The notes below the pieces were generated by a model. That model was not told where the DNA came from and did not search any database. It saw only the letters and a list, made by a program, of their open reading frames with translations. The position numbers and the translations under genes were made by a program. A stretch of 64,000 bases of DNA from Haliotis rubra (lineage: Eukaryota). Positions 38,365 to 52,600 of this stretch are shown here, one piece after another. The stretch lies in contig NW_025766470.1 in assembly GCF_003918875.1 (NCBI RefSeq), positions 124,001-188,000 on the forward strand, in the 5' to 3' direction. Positions within the stretch are counted from its first letter, which is position 1. Every line of letters starts with the position of its first letter.

Positions 38365-41300
38365 TCAAAACTGGCGCATGCGTCAATTTTGGCCAATCAG
38401 CAGGCCGGGCGCGCTGTGTGGATTTGTCAGACTTATTTCCGGGGTCAAACGATGCCTCCGAAGCGATGTGCTTCGAATTATGCCATTTACACTCGCTATA
38501 TTTATTACATATTGCTGCAATTTGATGTGTACCTTTAACAAAACAATTAGGTCAAGACAACAGAAATGGAGGCGGATCAAGAAACGCGATAGGCCTAACG
38601 ATCAGTTAAATGTCTGCACCATCGTTCAGGAAACCTACGTCTGCCCGCTGATGAGAATTTGCACGAATTTCCACACTTTTGCACATGTGCAAAATCATTA
38701 CCAATTGATGACAACAAATAGCAGTTTAAGACTTTGCAAGTGTTATAATCACGGACAATTCTTGTAACTACAAAATTGTTTTTGCTTAACGTTTTTAGTC
38801 ACTACTACGCATTGAGTTGGTACGCCATAAAGCTCAAATGAGACAGGCGAGAAAGCCGTGACACAATGTAAACAAATCTCCATTTCAGTTAGGGTCAACC
38901 GAAATAGCAAAACTTGTTACATGAAAGAACAATGTGGCGGATATTTGTCCCCCTCCGCGCTTAGATATTGTTCAATTTGTCACACACATTGTAGGATGTT
39001 TTAAGTTTCATAAGCACAATCTGATGGCCTACAGTATCTTGTTAACAGAGCAAAATATTCGAGGAGTAATATTTTTTATTCAAACAGAAATATTGTCAGT
39101 GTCAGCAGTTGCCTATCATGCAATATCCAAGTATCAAAATTAGTTCATATGAGTGCCTATCAAACCATGCTTTAAATATTTCAGATTTTTTATAAAGAGT
39201 TGCATGGGACTTTGAATTGAATTACCTTCCTCCATGTTGATCGAATACGAAAACTATGTGAGAAGAATAGTGACTTTCTGGAGTATTGGACGGTGTGAAA
39301 TAAAGTGTATATCTTAATTATGAGAACATTATTTGAAGTTTTGTTACCACATAAATTATTCACATATATTGGTACATTTTAGGAGTAATATTACAACTGT
39401 AATTTTGATTAATTCACTGGAAATGATAGCAAGGTATGTTTTAAGAATTTAGTTTTTTTTAGTAAACGTGGAAGGGTAATAAAATTAATAATAATCTAAT
39501 CAATAATAAATAATTATTTAATTGATGACATATCAGATTCTTATGATTTTAAGGTAGAACTAGGCAAACAAACACCATACATATCATGGCAGGACAATCA
39601 CTTGGTATTAACTTAGTTTCTTGGCTCCTGCTTTTAGATGTTTTTTTAAATACTACATTTACTAATAAGATAATTCTGAAAGAGATTGCTAGTGTCATAA
39701 CTCATTAAAGTTATTTCAACATCCAGAGAATTTGAAAAAGCAAAGGCTACGTTTTGGTCAAACCCTGGTCAGGCATTATCCAGTCCTGGAACAGACTAAC
39801 TTACAAAAATCTCAGTTGACTTTTCATGTAACGGAATAAATATTGAAACATATATTTAACCCATATTTGATGTAATTCTTCTGGTAAATCATCAGTTTTT
39901 TAGGAGGTTACTAATATTTGAAGACTGAGCAAAAGTTAGTGTTTATTAAGATGATGGATTTGGACAAATTGTTCAAGGTTTGTTGATGGTTATTTGGAAA
40001 ATGAGCTTCATATTAAATTGCACACTGGTTTGTAGGAGGTGAACGCTTCAGGATATTTTCATGTCTGTTTTCCTAAACCTTTGTTATGACTTTGACCAAA
40101 TTTTGAATCAACTTTACTATAATTTTTATGACACCAGTAAGTATCTCAGAAAAGGAAATAGATCAAAATCAGTGTTATGTCCTCTAAGGATATGGTCTCA
40201 GATCTAATAAAACAAAGATTATCATTGTTTAATTAAGAAGCAATAATGTCAATATGTAATTGTATTGACAAAAAGTTTTGAACATAAGATATATTCTTTG
40301 CACCTTATTTACACTAGTAGTTAGCTGTTAAACATCTCTGATGAAAAAACAATAGATCTACCTTGTATTTTGTGTAACGTTCTATTTCAATGCTAGTTAA
40401 TTGTTCGGATAACTGTGGATCCTCTGTTCCAAGATTTTGCATCACGTTTCCTATTTCTGGAAAATGGGTCAGCTAGTGTACAGGTGCAGACTGTATCTTG
40501 GATCTTCTTTGTGTTCTGGTGCTGTGACATACCTGTACATAAACGCTGGCAGTTCATGAAATCCAGTATTGTGGAAGTTTGTATGTAAATTGGGATTCAA
40601 CAACAAAGTACATATAGAAAAATAAAATGGAAATGATGATTACAAAAATTATTTCCTTATATTCAGTGTCATTTTATCATGGTGTGCAGATTTTGAAGAG
40701 AGAAACGTTACTGAGAATTGCTGCAGATCAGCTGTTGAATATTTGCTTCTGGGTATGTCCAGATACGTCCATGGAAACATACTGTTTACAAGCCCAATTA
40801 CCTTTTCCAGATTTCCAAATAAGATCAAATAGGTTATGCTGTGATTGATTTGTTTACATTAATTATATACAGACAAATAAGGTGCATGAAGTAGTAGACG
40901 GGAAATATTTTCTGCTTTTTATTTACCATTCTCTTAATTCATTAAAAGATAGAAACCCATGTTTTCAGATTATTGAACTAAATTTGAACAACGCCAACGG
41001 ATAAGTAAAGGTGCCACGCGCAGTGTTGATAATCTATTTATAGATACCGAAACGATCTGCAACATGAACATGTGGTTGTGTTCACGAGTTTTATAAAATT
41101 ATAAACCCAAACAACAAAATTCAGTTATCCTTCCCCTGCTAATAGCTGTGACGGAGGTGAATTGCCAGATAGATTAATTGATTCGAAAGAAATTAGGCTT
41201 CCTACAGTCTCAGCAGCTAGTCGAGACGACTTTTCATCGGGCATGTAACTCATTTTCACTCGCCAGTTGCAATCTGCCAGCTAAAATATATTAAAAATCA

Positions 41301-41500
41301 CATACGTATAACTTGCCTCTTTAAATAACATTCCCAAACGACGGATACCAAAGTATCACAAGCAGAATTCATCAACAACGTTCGCAATCACGTAACGTTT
41401 CGCCGGCGGTGACGCCATTGTGATTTGTCAGTGGTTGTCCCCCCTAACGTCAAAAACGAAGTGGGCGGGGCTTATCGGCCGGGACTGGATCGGTCTATTA

Positions 41501-41571
41501 TGAAAGGGCCGTATTAGAACAGAGGTTACGTAGGAAGATATGACAGGAGTAACCTCTGTGGGAAGAGAATG
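41501..41571 (-). mobile_element. Solo TIR of the same Mutator-like family
   Basis: Reverse complement of 35768-35838. Confidence 0.85.
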
Positions 41572-42730
41572 GGGCAGGGGTTGAGCTTTCCAAAGTGACA
41601 GTATTGTGTGGCATTCGTTTGCTCTGTTTCTCTTTCTCTTGCTCTCTTTCCCGAAATGCACGTGCAACAAAGTATTGCACGTCTCAAGGACGAACCCACT
41701 GACGTCACGGAACGTGGCACGTGCATGCATGTTGGACACATATCACTAATCTCTGAGTTTAAATCCTTATGTGTCTACACAAGTTTGATAAGGTTATAAA
41801 ACTGTATCTGTATTTTGTACACACTCCCTATCAGCCATGATGTTCGTGTAGATCACGTGTACTTGCTTACCTTGCTAAGGGCGATCACAGATTGTCACCT
41901 CCCACTCTGGCTCACCTAATCTGACATTATCATGATTACTGAATTTCGATAAATTCTGGTTTCGGCTCATTCCATCCTGTACACCGCAGTCTACTCTGAC
42001 CCCGAACGTGGTCGATCATCAATATCTCGGGTTTTGTCACCCATGGACCGTCATCCACAGATAGTGAAACACTGAACGTACTGGCGATAGCAATCTCACT
42101 TCTGTCAGTTTACAAGGCGTCGGGGCAGCCTAGTGGTTAACGCCGAAGTCCCGGGTTCGAATCCCCCACATGGGTTCAATGAGTGGAGACAATTTTTGGT
42201 GGCCCCTGCCCTGATCACTTACACTCACTCTGTCTAGCAGCCAATAGCGTTGTACACGTTTAAATAATCGAGTCTGGACCAGACAATCCAGTGATCAACA
42301 GCATGATCTGCGTAATTGGGAACCGATGACATGTGTCAACCAAGTCAGCGAGCCTGACCACCCGATCCCGTTAGTCGCAATTGTCCACAGAGGTGAATCG
42401 AACTTCCATAAAAGTGTCACACAAATGGCGCCTGCCCATGAAGATCTGGGTTAGAATTGATCTTCAGCAACCCATGCTTGTCGTAAGAGGCGACTAACGG
42501 GATCGGGTGGTCAGACTCGCTTGACATGGGATAGATTGATTCTCATGATATTGATCACTGGATTCTCTTGTCCAGAATCGATCATTTACAGACCGCCTCC
42601 ATATAGCAGGGATATTGCCGAGTGCGGTGTTACGCTACAAACAAACCGTCTGTAACCGTACGCGCGAGTATGGCGCTAGTGCAAACTAAAATAACCAGAT
42701 TTGCTTTGATGTTAGCTTTACAGACATATA

Positions 42731-43877
42731 CTGTTTTCCCAGAAATTATTGAGAAAATCTTTGCTTCCTAATACTGATAATAGAATTTTCAAATAGGTGT
42801 TACATTATGTAGGAAGGTACTCAACATGGGAGGCAACTCTTGTAGGCTTAAGAATGAACCTTACTACATCAACAGTAATTCCCCCTGATGTAGCAGATGC
42901 TTCCTTTGTTGACATTGCAGATTTGACAGCAGAAGAGAAAAGAAAGCTGGTTCTAGATGATTTTGAAAGAGGTGTGACTAATGCAAAAGAGTTAGCTGGT
43001 AGACATGACATTCCTCTGTCTACAGTATACAGAACTTTGAAGAATATTCAGTCAAGAGTTGAGCACAAGACAGGGGCAGGGAGGCCAAGGAAGTTCAGTA
43101 CTACGGATCGCCGGCGACTTGGTCAGATTGTGATAGCGGAAAATTGAAAAGCGTTGAGGATATCAGAAATGAGACGATTATTAGAGGAAGTCTTCAGGTG
43201 TGTAATGATACCCTTAGACAAGAATTACAAAAACTTAACTGGGTGAAAAAGAGCGGAATTCCTTCAACATTGATTGAGAGATGCACAAAAAGAAAGACGT
43301 TTAAACTGGTGTAGGGCTCACGAAAATCAAGAATGGGATCATGTTATCTTTTCTGATGAAAGTTCCGTCTGGCTTCTTTCGAACTGTGTGAAAATGTGGA
43401 CAAAAGATACCGTGAAATCAAAACAGCCCGTAATTTCACATGCGGGGTGGAATATAATCACGTTGTGTATTTTCACTGGAAATTTGAAGGAAGGAATGGT
43501 CACCTCCTTCCAACGGCACGAACACTGTTTGAAGATAACTGGATTTTCCAGCATGATAACAACCCCAAACACACTGCAGGCTACACAAAGCAGTGGTTGT
43601 CGGACGAAAATGTTCAAGTTTTAGACTGGCCCAGCTACAGCCTAGATGTTAACGCTATTGTGAATGTGTGGGGACTAATGAAGGACAGAATAAACCAAAT
43701 GGGACTAAGCAATATTGAGGATATGAAGAAAGAAGTGGGATACGCTGTCACACGATTACAAACTTTGATCGGTAGCTAGGCGCATTCAGTCGTGTATATC
43801 AGGACAATATATCTCTTACAAAGTTCTGAAATGACACTTAGACTATCAGAGAATAATATCTCAACATATTCATTTAA
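42731..43877 (+). mobile_element. Decayed Tc1 element interrupted near its right end by a TTAA-element
   Basis: Colinear with 13052-14130; left TIR ctgttttcccagaaattattgagaa; IFSDES and FQHDNNPKH motifs. Confidence 0.9.
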
Positions 43878-44928
43878 AGGTCACATGCAACGTAAAACAC
43901 AACTTTGCAGATTCTGATACCTTTCGGTATGGACTTACCGAAACAAATCGTCAAAAATGCAAATTCAACTTATAAAGTTGAAAAATAACGCGATGAAAAA
44001 AAAACGCGCGAAATCGGAGTTCAAACGTTTCACTAATTTTCCCCCGACTTTTCGGGGGAAAACAGGTTTCAACAGCTGGGCTGCGCTCATAGCACGTGCG
44101 CAGTGAAATAGGCTTGGAAGCGGGTTGTCCGGTGAATACTCGGTGAAGGCTTTGGTGTGAGCTATTTTTCTAATGTTTTGCTGATATCTCACAGGCGCGA
44201 GCTTTTTATATGTTATGACAGTAAATTAACTGTTTATATAATTTCACCACACGTTCTTCTTACCGAGTCACTTTCTCAGTTCGATACTTAAAAGCAATGT
44301 CATTATTTAGCGTTGACAGAATTTCTAACTGTGATATAGATATGTTGTTGTCACAGACAGAACTCAATGTCTTGTTTTATTGACACCTGTGTGTCCGCCT
44401 GCCTGTCTGCTAATGACAATATTCAATACACAGCTGCTATCACTGACCACATGCAATTTGAACTTAACACCAATCAGGCTATACACCATAAACAAAATGC
44501 ATTGATTTATGGCCCGAGTTCGGTCTCTGCCACATTATGTAATTACACAGACAGGCAGGTGTGATACTTGAACACATGACATGTTATGATGTCTGTTGAT
44601 TGCAAAATGTTATACACAAAATATGAGCATGTATTTACAAAACCCAATATCTCTACATATACACACACAATAAGCCGTGAGGGCATCTGCAAATGAACCA
44701 GCCGTTACACTTGAGTGCACACCCACCCGCTCTAACTGGGTTCGGTATCGCGGCTGCTTCGTTTCTTGGGAAGTAAACCGAAGTACACAATTTTGCACTT
44801 TTGATTTGCGATTGTAGGCTTATAATTTTGTTTATATGTTTTTTCATAACCAGCAATGTATATTATATGTCACGAATAAGTGATAATTGTGTTTTAATTA
44901 TGTTTGATTTTTTGGTTGCATGTGACCT
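43878..44928. mobile_element. Second copy of the Kolobok-like element
   Basis: Same TIRs and TTAA TSD; both ends are colinear with 24104-25465. Confidence 0.85.
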
Positions 44929-46615
44929 TTAAGTAAAACGTCTATATTTTAAATGTGTGAAACCAGGGATTTCATGTAATCCCTAAAAGAGTCGGCGATT
45001 TCATGAAATCACTTTGATCCCCAGGGAATTCATATATTCCCTAAAATATCAAGAGATTTCATCAAATAACTGATTTCCATGGTTATCCATTACACACATT
45101 CACTGTTAGGTTATCAGTGAATGTGTGAAATTAATATTTGTGGCTTAAAGGGACTCTGATCCACAGCAATTCCCCGGGTGATACACGATGTCCACCATTG
45201 TTTGAAAAAAGTAATTTCGATAACAACAATAGGCAATCAATCAACGTATTGGCGGTTAATGTTTTGAAGGACTGACTGACTGAGTTTGATTTTACGTCGC
45301 ATTTAGCAATATTCCAGCAATATCACGGCGGCGGTACCAAAAATGGGCTTCACACATTGTACCCATGTGGGGATTCGAACCCGGGTCTTCGGCGTAACGA
45401 GCCAACGCTTTAACCACTAGGCTACCACACCGCCCAAATCCTTTGAAGGAAGGAACGTTGTTTTCACACAGGGACTTGTTCTGAGCTATACTCCCCAGGA
45501 ATTCCATTATTCTACTTGGTTATCCATACTGGAAGTGAAATGGACAGATATAGTAGTAACTATTTTATAACGTCTACCCTAATTCATGTTTTGTGCCTTA
45601 AAATTTGAGTTTATCTAATTTCAAAAGGATTAAACCATTTTATATTTACAATCTTTATAATTAATAACAAATATACAGGTTAAACAAGTTAATGCCATTA
45701 AAAACAACATTCAGATTTACTAGACCAAGCGAACCCAAGCTCACTACTCTCCCCAAGGTCAAAATATTTCTTAAGTCAAATTTTACATCCATTTACATTA
45801 ACATGAAATCCAAACTTTGCATCAAAATTAACATTTTTACCCAGAAATTTAACATCAGTGTGAAACTAATAAACAACAAAGTGAGTGAGTGAGTGAAAAT
45901 TTGGAGGAGTCGGGACTGAGAATCCACTATGCTGCCTCATCACCCACAGCCACGGTCACTGATGTGACGGTAACACAGATCATCTCACCCACCCAGCTTC
46001 CAACCAACTAATGAGTGAGTTAGTTTTACGCCACTTTTAGCAATATTCCAGCAATATCACGGCGGGGGACACCAGAAATGGGCTTCACACATTGTACCCA
46101 TTTTGGGAATCGAACCCGGTCTTCGGTGTAACGAGCGAGCGCTTTAACCACTAGGCTACCCCACCGCCCATCTTCATGCCAGATTATGAAACTTGTGGCC
46201 TGTAGTCTGATAATGAAACTTCTAATTGTCATAATGATCAGTTATTGTGTTAATGGTGGATAAATATTTAAAACTGATATCTATATTTGATGAAACAACA
46301 GTCTACAACGTCAGCCGTTGCGAAATTTCTTTTTCTTTTGTTTAGGCCAGAAGCGTCCATAATATATTTCTATGTAATCTGCCTTATCGAAGGAGAACAA
46401 CTCTGATGTCACACTCTTCCCCGTTTCCAAAGAGGAGAGTTACCGGTCTTGGCGATGCAAATAGTTGTTTGTAATTACTAATCTCACAATTTCTATGTGT
46501 AACAGACTATCAATAAACTTCACCACGTTATCTTCACTGCTCGACATCTTTTATGATTCAACATACGACAATTTTCAGTTCGTTCCATGCAAAATATCAT
46601 GTTAAATGAAAATAT

Positions 46616-46755
46616 NNNNNNNNNNNNNNNNNNNNNNNNNNNNNNNNNNNNNNNNNNNNNNNNNNNNNNNNNNNNNNNNNNNNNNNNNNNNNNNNNNNNN
46701 NNNNNNNNNNNNNNNNNNNNNNNNNNNNNNNNNNNNNNNNNNNNNNNNNNNNNNN
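46616..46755. other. Assembly gap
   Basis: N run. Confidence 1.
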
Positions 46756-46764
46756 AAGAGTTAT

Positions 46765-48105
46765 ATACTGAGTCAAAAAAGAAACTTCACAAAATGTAAT
46801 TGTTAAAAATAATGAATTGTTTTCCTCTGATGATACATCTATATGTATCCGAAATGGGATCCCTATCTTTCGACTCTAGAAAAACGTTAGCAAAACCCAC
46901 TCAAACCCATCCATTCGTCGTGCAAATGACGTTAGTGCTTAATCAGATTTTGCGTGTGCAGTCGATCACGTGATCTTCGCATCGAAGTTTTCTTCATATG
47001 CACGTGTTTGCATTGGCCTCAAGAATTGAAAAAACACTTTTAAACCACAGTTCTAACGGTACTTTAAATGCCACGATTGTCAAATGTGCAACGTGAACGT
47101 GCCGTTGGCATGTTGCAAGCTGGAAGATCAGTTATTGACGTCGAAAGAGCAATGGGATGCAGCCGTCGTACTGTGTATGACTTGCGAGGTCGTCTACAAC
47201 AAACTGGCACCACTTCTGATCGCCCAAGGTTGGGTCGTCCACGTGTGACGTCACGAGCAGAAGACCGTCAAATCGTCCTACGTCACCTACGTGACAGTTA
47301 TCTGCCGGCTACACGAACCAGGACTGAGATGTTCAGAGGTCGACTGTCCTCACAGACCATTCGAAATCGGTTGCGGGCTACCAATCTCCATTCTCGACGT
47401 CCATATCGTGAGCCAATATTGACGCCGTTTCATCAACGTCAACGTCTGCTGTGGGCCCAACGTCACCTCCGATGGACCCAGAGAAACTGGAATCGAGTCG
47501 TCTTTAGCGATGAATCCAGGTTTACCTTCAGAGTCTGGAGACGACGTCGTGAACGGTATGCTCAATGTTGTGTACAGGAAGTCGACAGATTCGGGGGCGG
47601 ACGTTGCATGGTGTGGGGTGCTTTCTGTGGGAACAACCGTTCCCGACTTCTGGTCATCCGTGGAAACCTCACAGCTGCTGCTTACCGCGACCAGGTGCTC
47701 ACCCCTGAACTCGTTCCTTTCATGGCGGTTCATGGCCCAGGTCTACAGTTCCAGCATGATAATGCTCGGCCGCATACCGCGATGTTGACACGAAATTTCC
47801 TTTAAAACGCTGGAATCAACGTCATGGACTGGCCATCGAGGTCCCCTGACCTTAATCCAATAGAGCACGTTTGGGATGCACTTGGGAGAAGGCTTAGTGG
47901 TCTTAGGAACCAACCTCAGAATTTGCAGGAACTTAGCGCTGCCTTGCAAGAGCAATGGCGCAGAATCCCCAACCACGTGTTCACAAGCATCAGGCAGTCG
48001 ATGAGGAGACGGTGTTTGGCAGTGGTGAATGCGCGGGGCGGCCATACACGATATTGATCTGAGAAATTTCGAATTTTTATTCTTGTGACTTGACATTCTG
48101 TATAC
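46765..48105 (+). mobile_element. Tc1 (DD34E-type) element; transposase 47068-48057 with a premature TAA at 47803
   Basis: MPRLSNVQRERAVGMLQAG HTH, VFSDESRF, FQHDNARPH, SPDLNPIEHVW and GGHTRY. The right TIR was not seen. Confidence 0.93.
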
Positions 48106-48529
48106 CCATGTTTTGGAACGGCGGTGTAGCCTAATGGAACTGATTATGGCACTGTCAGTGTATCGAGTACATCACACAGATCTCAGCAATGAAATGATAA
48201 CAATTTAACCATCTTACCATCTCTTGTTCTTGTATAGTGCCCTGAAGAAAGAATGTGAAGTTTCTTATTTGACTCAGTATATTATCTAAGTGGGATCTTA
48301 CAACATTAAGCAAAACTAGTGTTACTGACTTAAAAACTTCTCTCTGGTGTCGGAATACATAAAATAAATGATAATCTTGGACGAATGACAATCAAACAGG
48401 AGCTCTGACCCAGGGGTCACTCCAGCAAATATCAGTGTTCCAGTAGATTACTGCGTGCCTTCCATTCATGTTTGTCCAATTTGGGTTATTTTTCCTTGCT
48501 ATCTTAAAAACATGAACCATTCCTTCAGG

Positions 48530-48619
48530 CGTCGTGCCGATCCCAGGTCATGTGACTCGACATATCAGCAGTCTTTCTCCTGCCACATGGCCATTTCTTA
48601 ACTCTCACCGTTAAGACAG
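48530..48619 (+). other. Putative non-coding first exon of gene D
   Basis: Ends aactctcaccgttaagacag|gtaagg, and a homologous segment with a donor precedes gene E. The ATG exon of D is preceded by an acceptor (tgttccag). The start coordinate is approximate. Confidence 0.6.
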
Positions 48620-49087
48620 GTAAGGTTCACGGTAATACGCGGCTTTTTTATGGCCTGATAAGTTAATTAATACTTTTTATCATATTTTAAGTACAGCCTC
48701 GTACCAAAACTGCATGCGCAAGAAATGTCAAGAAAATGTTTGCTTTTCATCAGTGTTTTAACCTACCATCAAACATTTTGAGGCGTTATTTCAATTATAG
48801 TTTTAGGATTCTTTTGGTATTTATTTTTCTATTTTTTCATTTTGTAAATAAAAATTTATTCTTTGTGTGTGTCTTCGGGTTGGGTGGGGGTGTTTTTGGT
48901 TGGGATGAACGTGTTTGTGTTTTAGGGGGAGGGAGTGAGTGTTTTGGGGTTGTCTGAACTAACAATGGTATGGGCCTGGCGAACCTAAAAAACATAATCA
49001 TAATTTGGATTCGAACTCACATAGGTTTCTAGAGTGTCGAAAGGCCACCAGTCTATACAGCAGCAATTCTATGGACAGCTAAGTTTC

Positions 49088-49572
49088 GGTGTGAGCGTTC
49101 AAGACTCGTGATTGGAGGCAATCAGATTTAGTTGTGCAATCAGCGACGTTGTTTCAAAAGTGATCATTCGCAAGGTCTCGGTAATTTCCGTATGCTTCGA
49201 GAAAACTAAACCTCTCCCCCTACGCGATGCGCAAACGTTTCTTCTAGACAGAACTCAGTCAAGTTATGGCTGATCAGTGGCGTCTCCAGCGCCCTCGTTG
49301 ACAACGGACAAGCTAGCCATTAAACGTCTTGTGTGTAACATAAACACAAGTCCCCGTCAGATGGGGGATATTTGTGGCCCCACATTTGCTTGTGTTAGTC
49401 AAGTTGAATCTAAGTCGATGTAACACGTGTTCTGATTGGATAGAAAGAAGGGAGATAATTCATGTGGCGATCTTTTGCTGCTAGGGGATTTTACGAGAAC
49501 CGGGAAATATGGCCGTATTAGAACAGAGGTTCGTAGGAAGATATGACAAGTAACCTCTGTGGGAAGAGAATG
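49088..49572. mobile_element. Left-truncated copy of the same MITE
   Basis: Near-identical to 35840-36324. Confidence 0.9.
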
Positions 49573-49650
49573 AGTTCTAGTTAGTACAATGTTACAAATG
49601 CGTATCTGTGTGAGGATTACAAGACGAGCTATGTGTTCTGTGTTCCAGCG

Positions 49651-52600
49651 ATGTTCCAGTACGCCCTGCTCCTCCTCCTGCCCTGTGTGCTGGGGTAAGA
49701 ACATCTGTTGACGGGCGGTGGGGTAGCCTGGTGGTTAAAGCGTTCGCTCGTCACGCCGAAGATCCGGGTTCGATTTGCCATATGGGTACAATGTGTGAAG
49801 CCCATTTGTGGGGTCCCCCGCCGTGATATTGGTATTTGACGATACGATTATTGGTCCTCGGTATTAAAAGAAAACATACATAATTGATATCAGCAGAGCA
49901 GATTGATATTTGTATTATATTTTCATCCAACAGACAAACTTTCGGTGTGTAGGGAGGTATGCACGCATTTCCTCAAACGATACATATTTGTTCCACGAGT
50001 TTTTGGCCGCCCCAAAACACGAACCTAGCTGCTTTTGCACAGAGGATCAACAAACATTTTGTTTCGGCATGGTCGATAATTCCTGTCCTTCAGACGAGTT
50101 GCCCGCCATTTGACCGATCAGTGTATAAAGGACACAGTTTGAAACAAAGGGAGACAAATCAACACTAACAGTAACGGCTAAACGCAATATGGGTTCGAGG
50201 ATACCATCTCCAATGTCTCTGAAATAATATCTTTTACTCGGTACTATTCTCTTTCTTCTCCGCGGCTTCCATAGAAATCTGGCAGTCTCGACCACGTACT
50301 TTGTGTACCTTTTTCATAGATGTAAATTATCACAGCTCGTATGACCGGAAGATGTAAATAGAGAATTCCTTTTCAGAAAATGGTAAAACGTAGCGTAAAT
50401 TTAGGATTACAAATTCTATTACCTGTTTGACTGAAGTCATTTAACTCAGGTCTACAGAAAAGAATTTCATCTCTATTTTGCAGATGCATCACAGTCAATG
50501 TTCGTGTGAATGTGATGCTCAATTCCGCACTCAACGCTATCCCAGCTAAGGGGTGGTGGGGTAGCCTAGTGGTTAAAGCGCCGAAAACCCCAGTTCGATT
50601 CCTCGCTTGGGTACAATGTGTGAAGCCCATTTCTGGTGTCCCCCGCCGTGATATTGCTGGAATATTGCTAAAATCGACGTATAACCATGCTCTCTCACTA
50701 TCCCAGCTATACATATAGGTTGGTTGTAAATAACCCAATATGGACCAGATAATCGCGTGATTGATATTATGAATAACGACCCTCGTCGTCGGAATGCAAT
50801 GCAAACCTCATCAATTACAGTACATTATGAAGGATGAGGACTATTTTTATGGATATACAACTTCTTTATTCTGTATAGGCGACGTTTCGACATAGATTCT
50901 AATGTTGTTGTCAAACAAGTGAACGACTAGTCTGTCGTACAGACCCTGAAGTAAATATATCCAAGAAAGCCCACGCAAGTCTAGAAAATGTGGCAAGTCT
51001 AGAATTCCTCAGCTTCTGAAAATGAAGAAAGTCTCAGGGCTCCTTTTCATTATATTTTTTTTTTGACTATGAACTTTTTTTCAGTAAAATATATTCATTG
51101 CAGAGACTAGTTGTTAGTCTATTGAACGACTTTCGTTCGTTCGTGTACATTATGGCTATGACGAATTCAAAGGAACCACAAATGTTAGTTCGTTATAACC
51201 GTAGTTCTATTTACGCATTTTGACTAAAATATGCAGGTATGACCGGGACCCTAAAACTGTTCGTTATATCCGTCCGTGCATATGCAGTAGGTCACTTCTT
51301 ACCGACAAGGTCCCTTTCACCAAGCGATCTTAACGCGAAGATGATCGTAACTCCCATATTTACGACAAACGGAAGGCCTAAATTTATGTGTTGAATATAT
51401 ACTGAGGGAAACAAATAAGGCAAAACATGAAAGTACAAGTGTTCCATTATTCTTTTCACAGGTTTCCTCAAAGGCTTTGTATGGCACTGTGGGTGAAAAA
51501 CTGAGAGTGATAGGGAACACTGCGATGAAGTGGTGTTCCCTTATTTGTTTCCCTCAGTATATTTCAAGGTTGGCTTATATACTGAACAACATTAGAAACG
51601 CATCACCCATATAATACGAAAAATCCCTGTCAGACTTAAATGTACCATATCTGAGCATCGTTGGTGCATTTTAGTGTGGTGCGTTTCTAATGTTGTTCAG
51701 TATATTTCGAGATTGCTCGATAACAATACTTACTAGGGATGCCACGAAACATCGATGCATCGATACTTTTTCTAAGACAATACAATTATCGATACATTCA
51801 AAACTGTATCGATATTTAGTTTTGAAAGTATCAGTTTAAATATGTTTAAGCATCGTTTACATTTTGCAATTGTATCATGTTCCTTGATGTTATGAGAGTT
51901 ATAAATGATTATTTTTCATGCTCAAAGATGGGAAATTAGAACTTTCTAATCTCTGAGAATAAAAAATGTTGATCTTTTCATGTACAATTATAAAAAATTA
52001 AATATTAATGTTCAAAATGTAACTAAATTTACGCAATAATGCCGCGAAAATAGGTATCGTGATACGTATCGATTCATGAAATTTAATGTATCGAGACATC
52101 CCTAAAACTTACACAATATCCGCACACAAGTCTACTGACCGGAGTCATAATCTAATACACACTGTGTTGATGTCTCTGGGTATGTAGTGGGGACAATGGT
52201 CGGAGTGAAAACAAAAACGCTGAAACTACAACATAATACGAAATGTCTGTTCTAAGTTGATACATGTACGCTGTTGTCTTCCCTGGTAGCGCTCCTGCCA
52301 CGGACCCCGTCAGCGCCTGGGAACACCACGTACACCAGGAAACGGAAAGGCTGTGGGAGTCGTTCGACTTCAACAACAATGGAAAATTCGACAGGTCCGA
52401 CGTCCAGACGTTCATCCATGACTACGACACCAACGGTAAGAGTACCCTACCTCGTTGGTAATGGTCAGTGACCATTCCATGCATTGGCATGCTGACAGTC
52501 GCTGTAATCCCGCTCCATATCATTTACAAACCAACCTCAAATCGGTCATGTTCCTTACAATGACGTTTGCATGACATTCGTTCGTGCTAATCTCGGTTTA

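Noticed and set aside
34600-48000. Additional EF-hand gene between C and D
   Set aside because: I found no exon with a DxDxDG-type loop or the 47-nt exon pattern. The gap at 46616-46755 could hide sequence.
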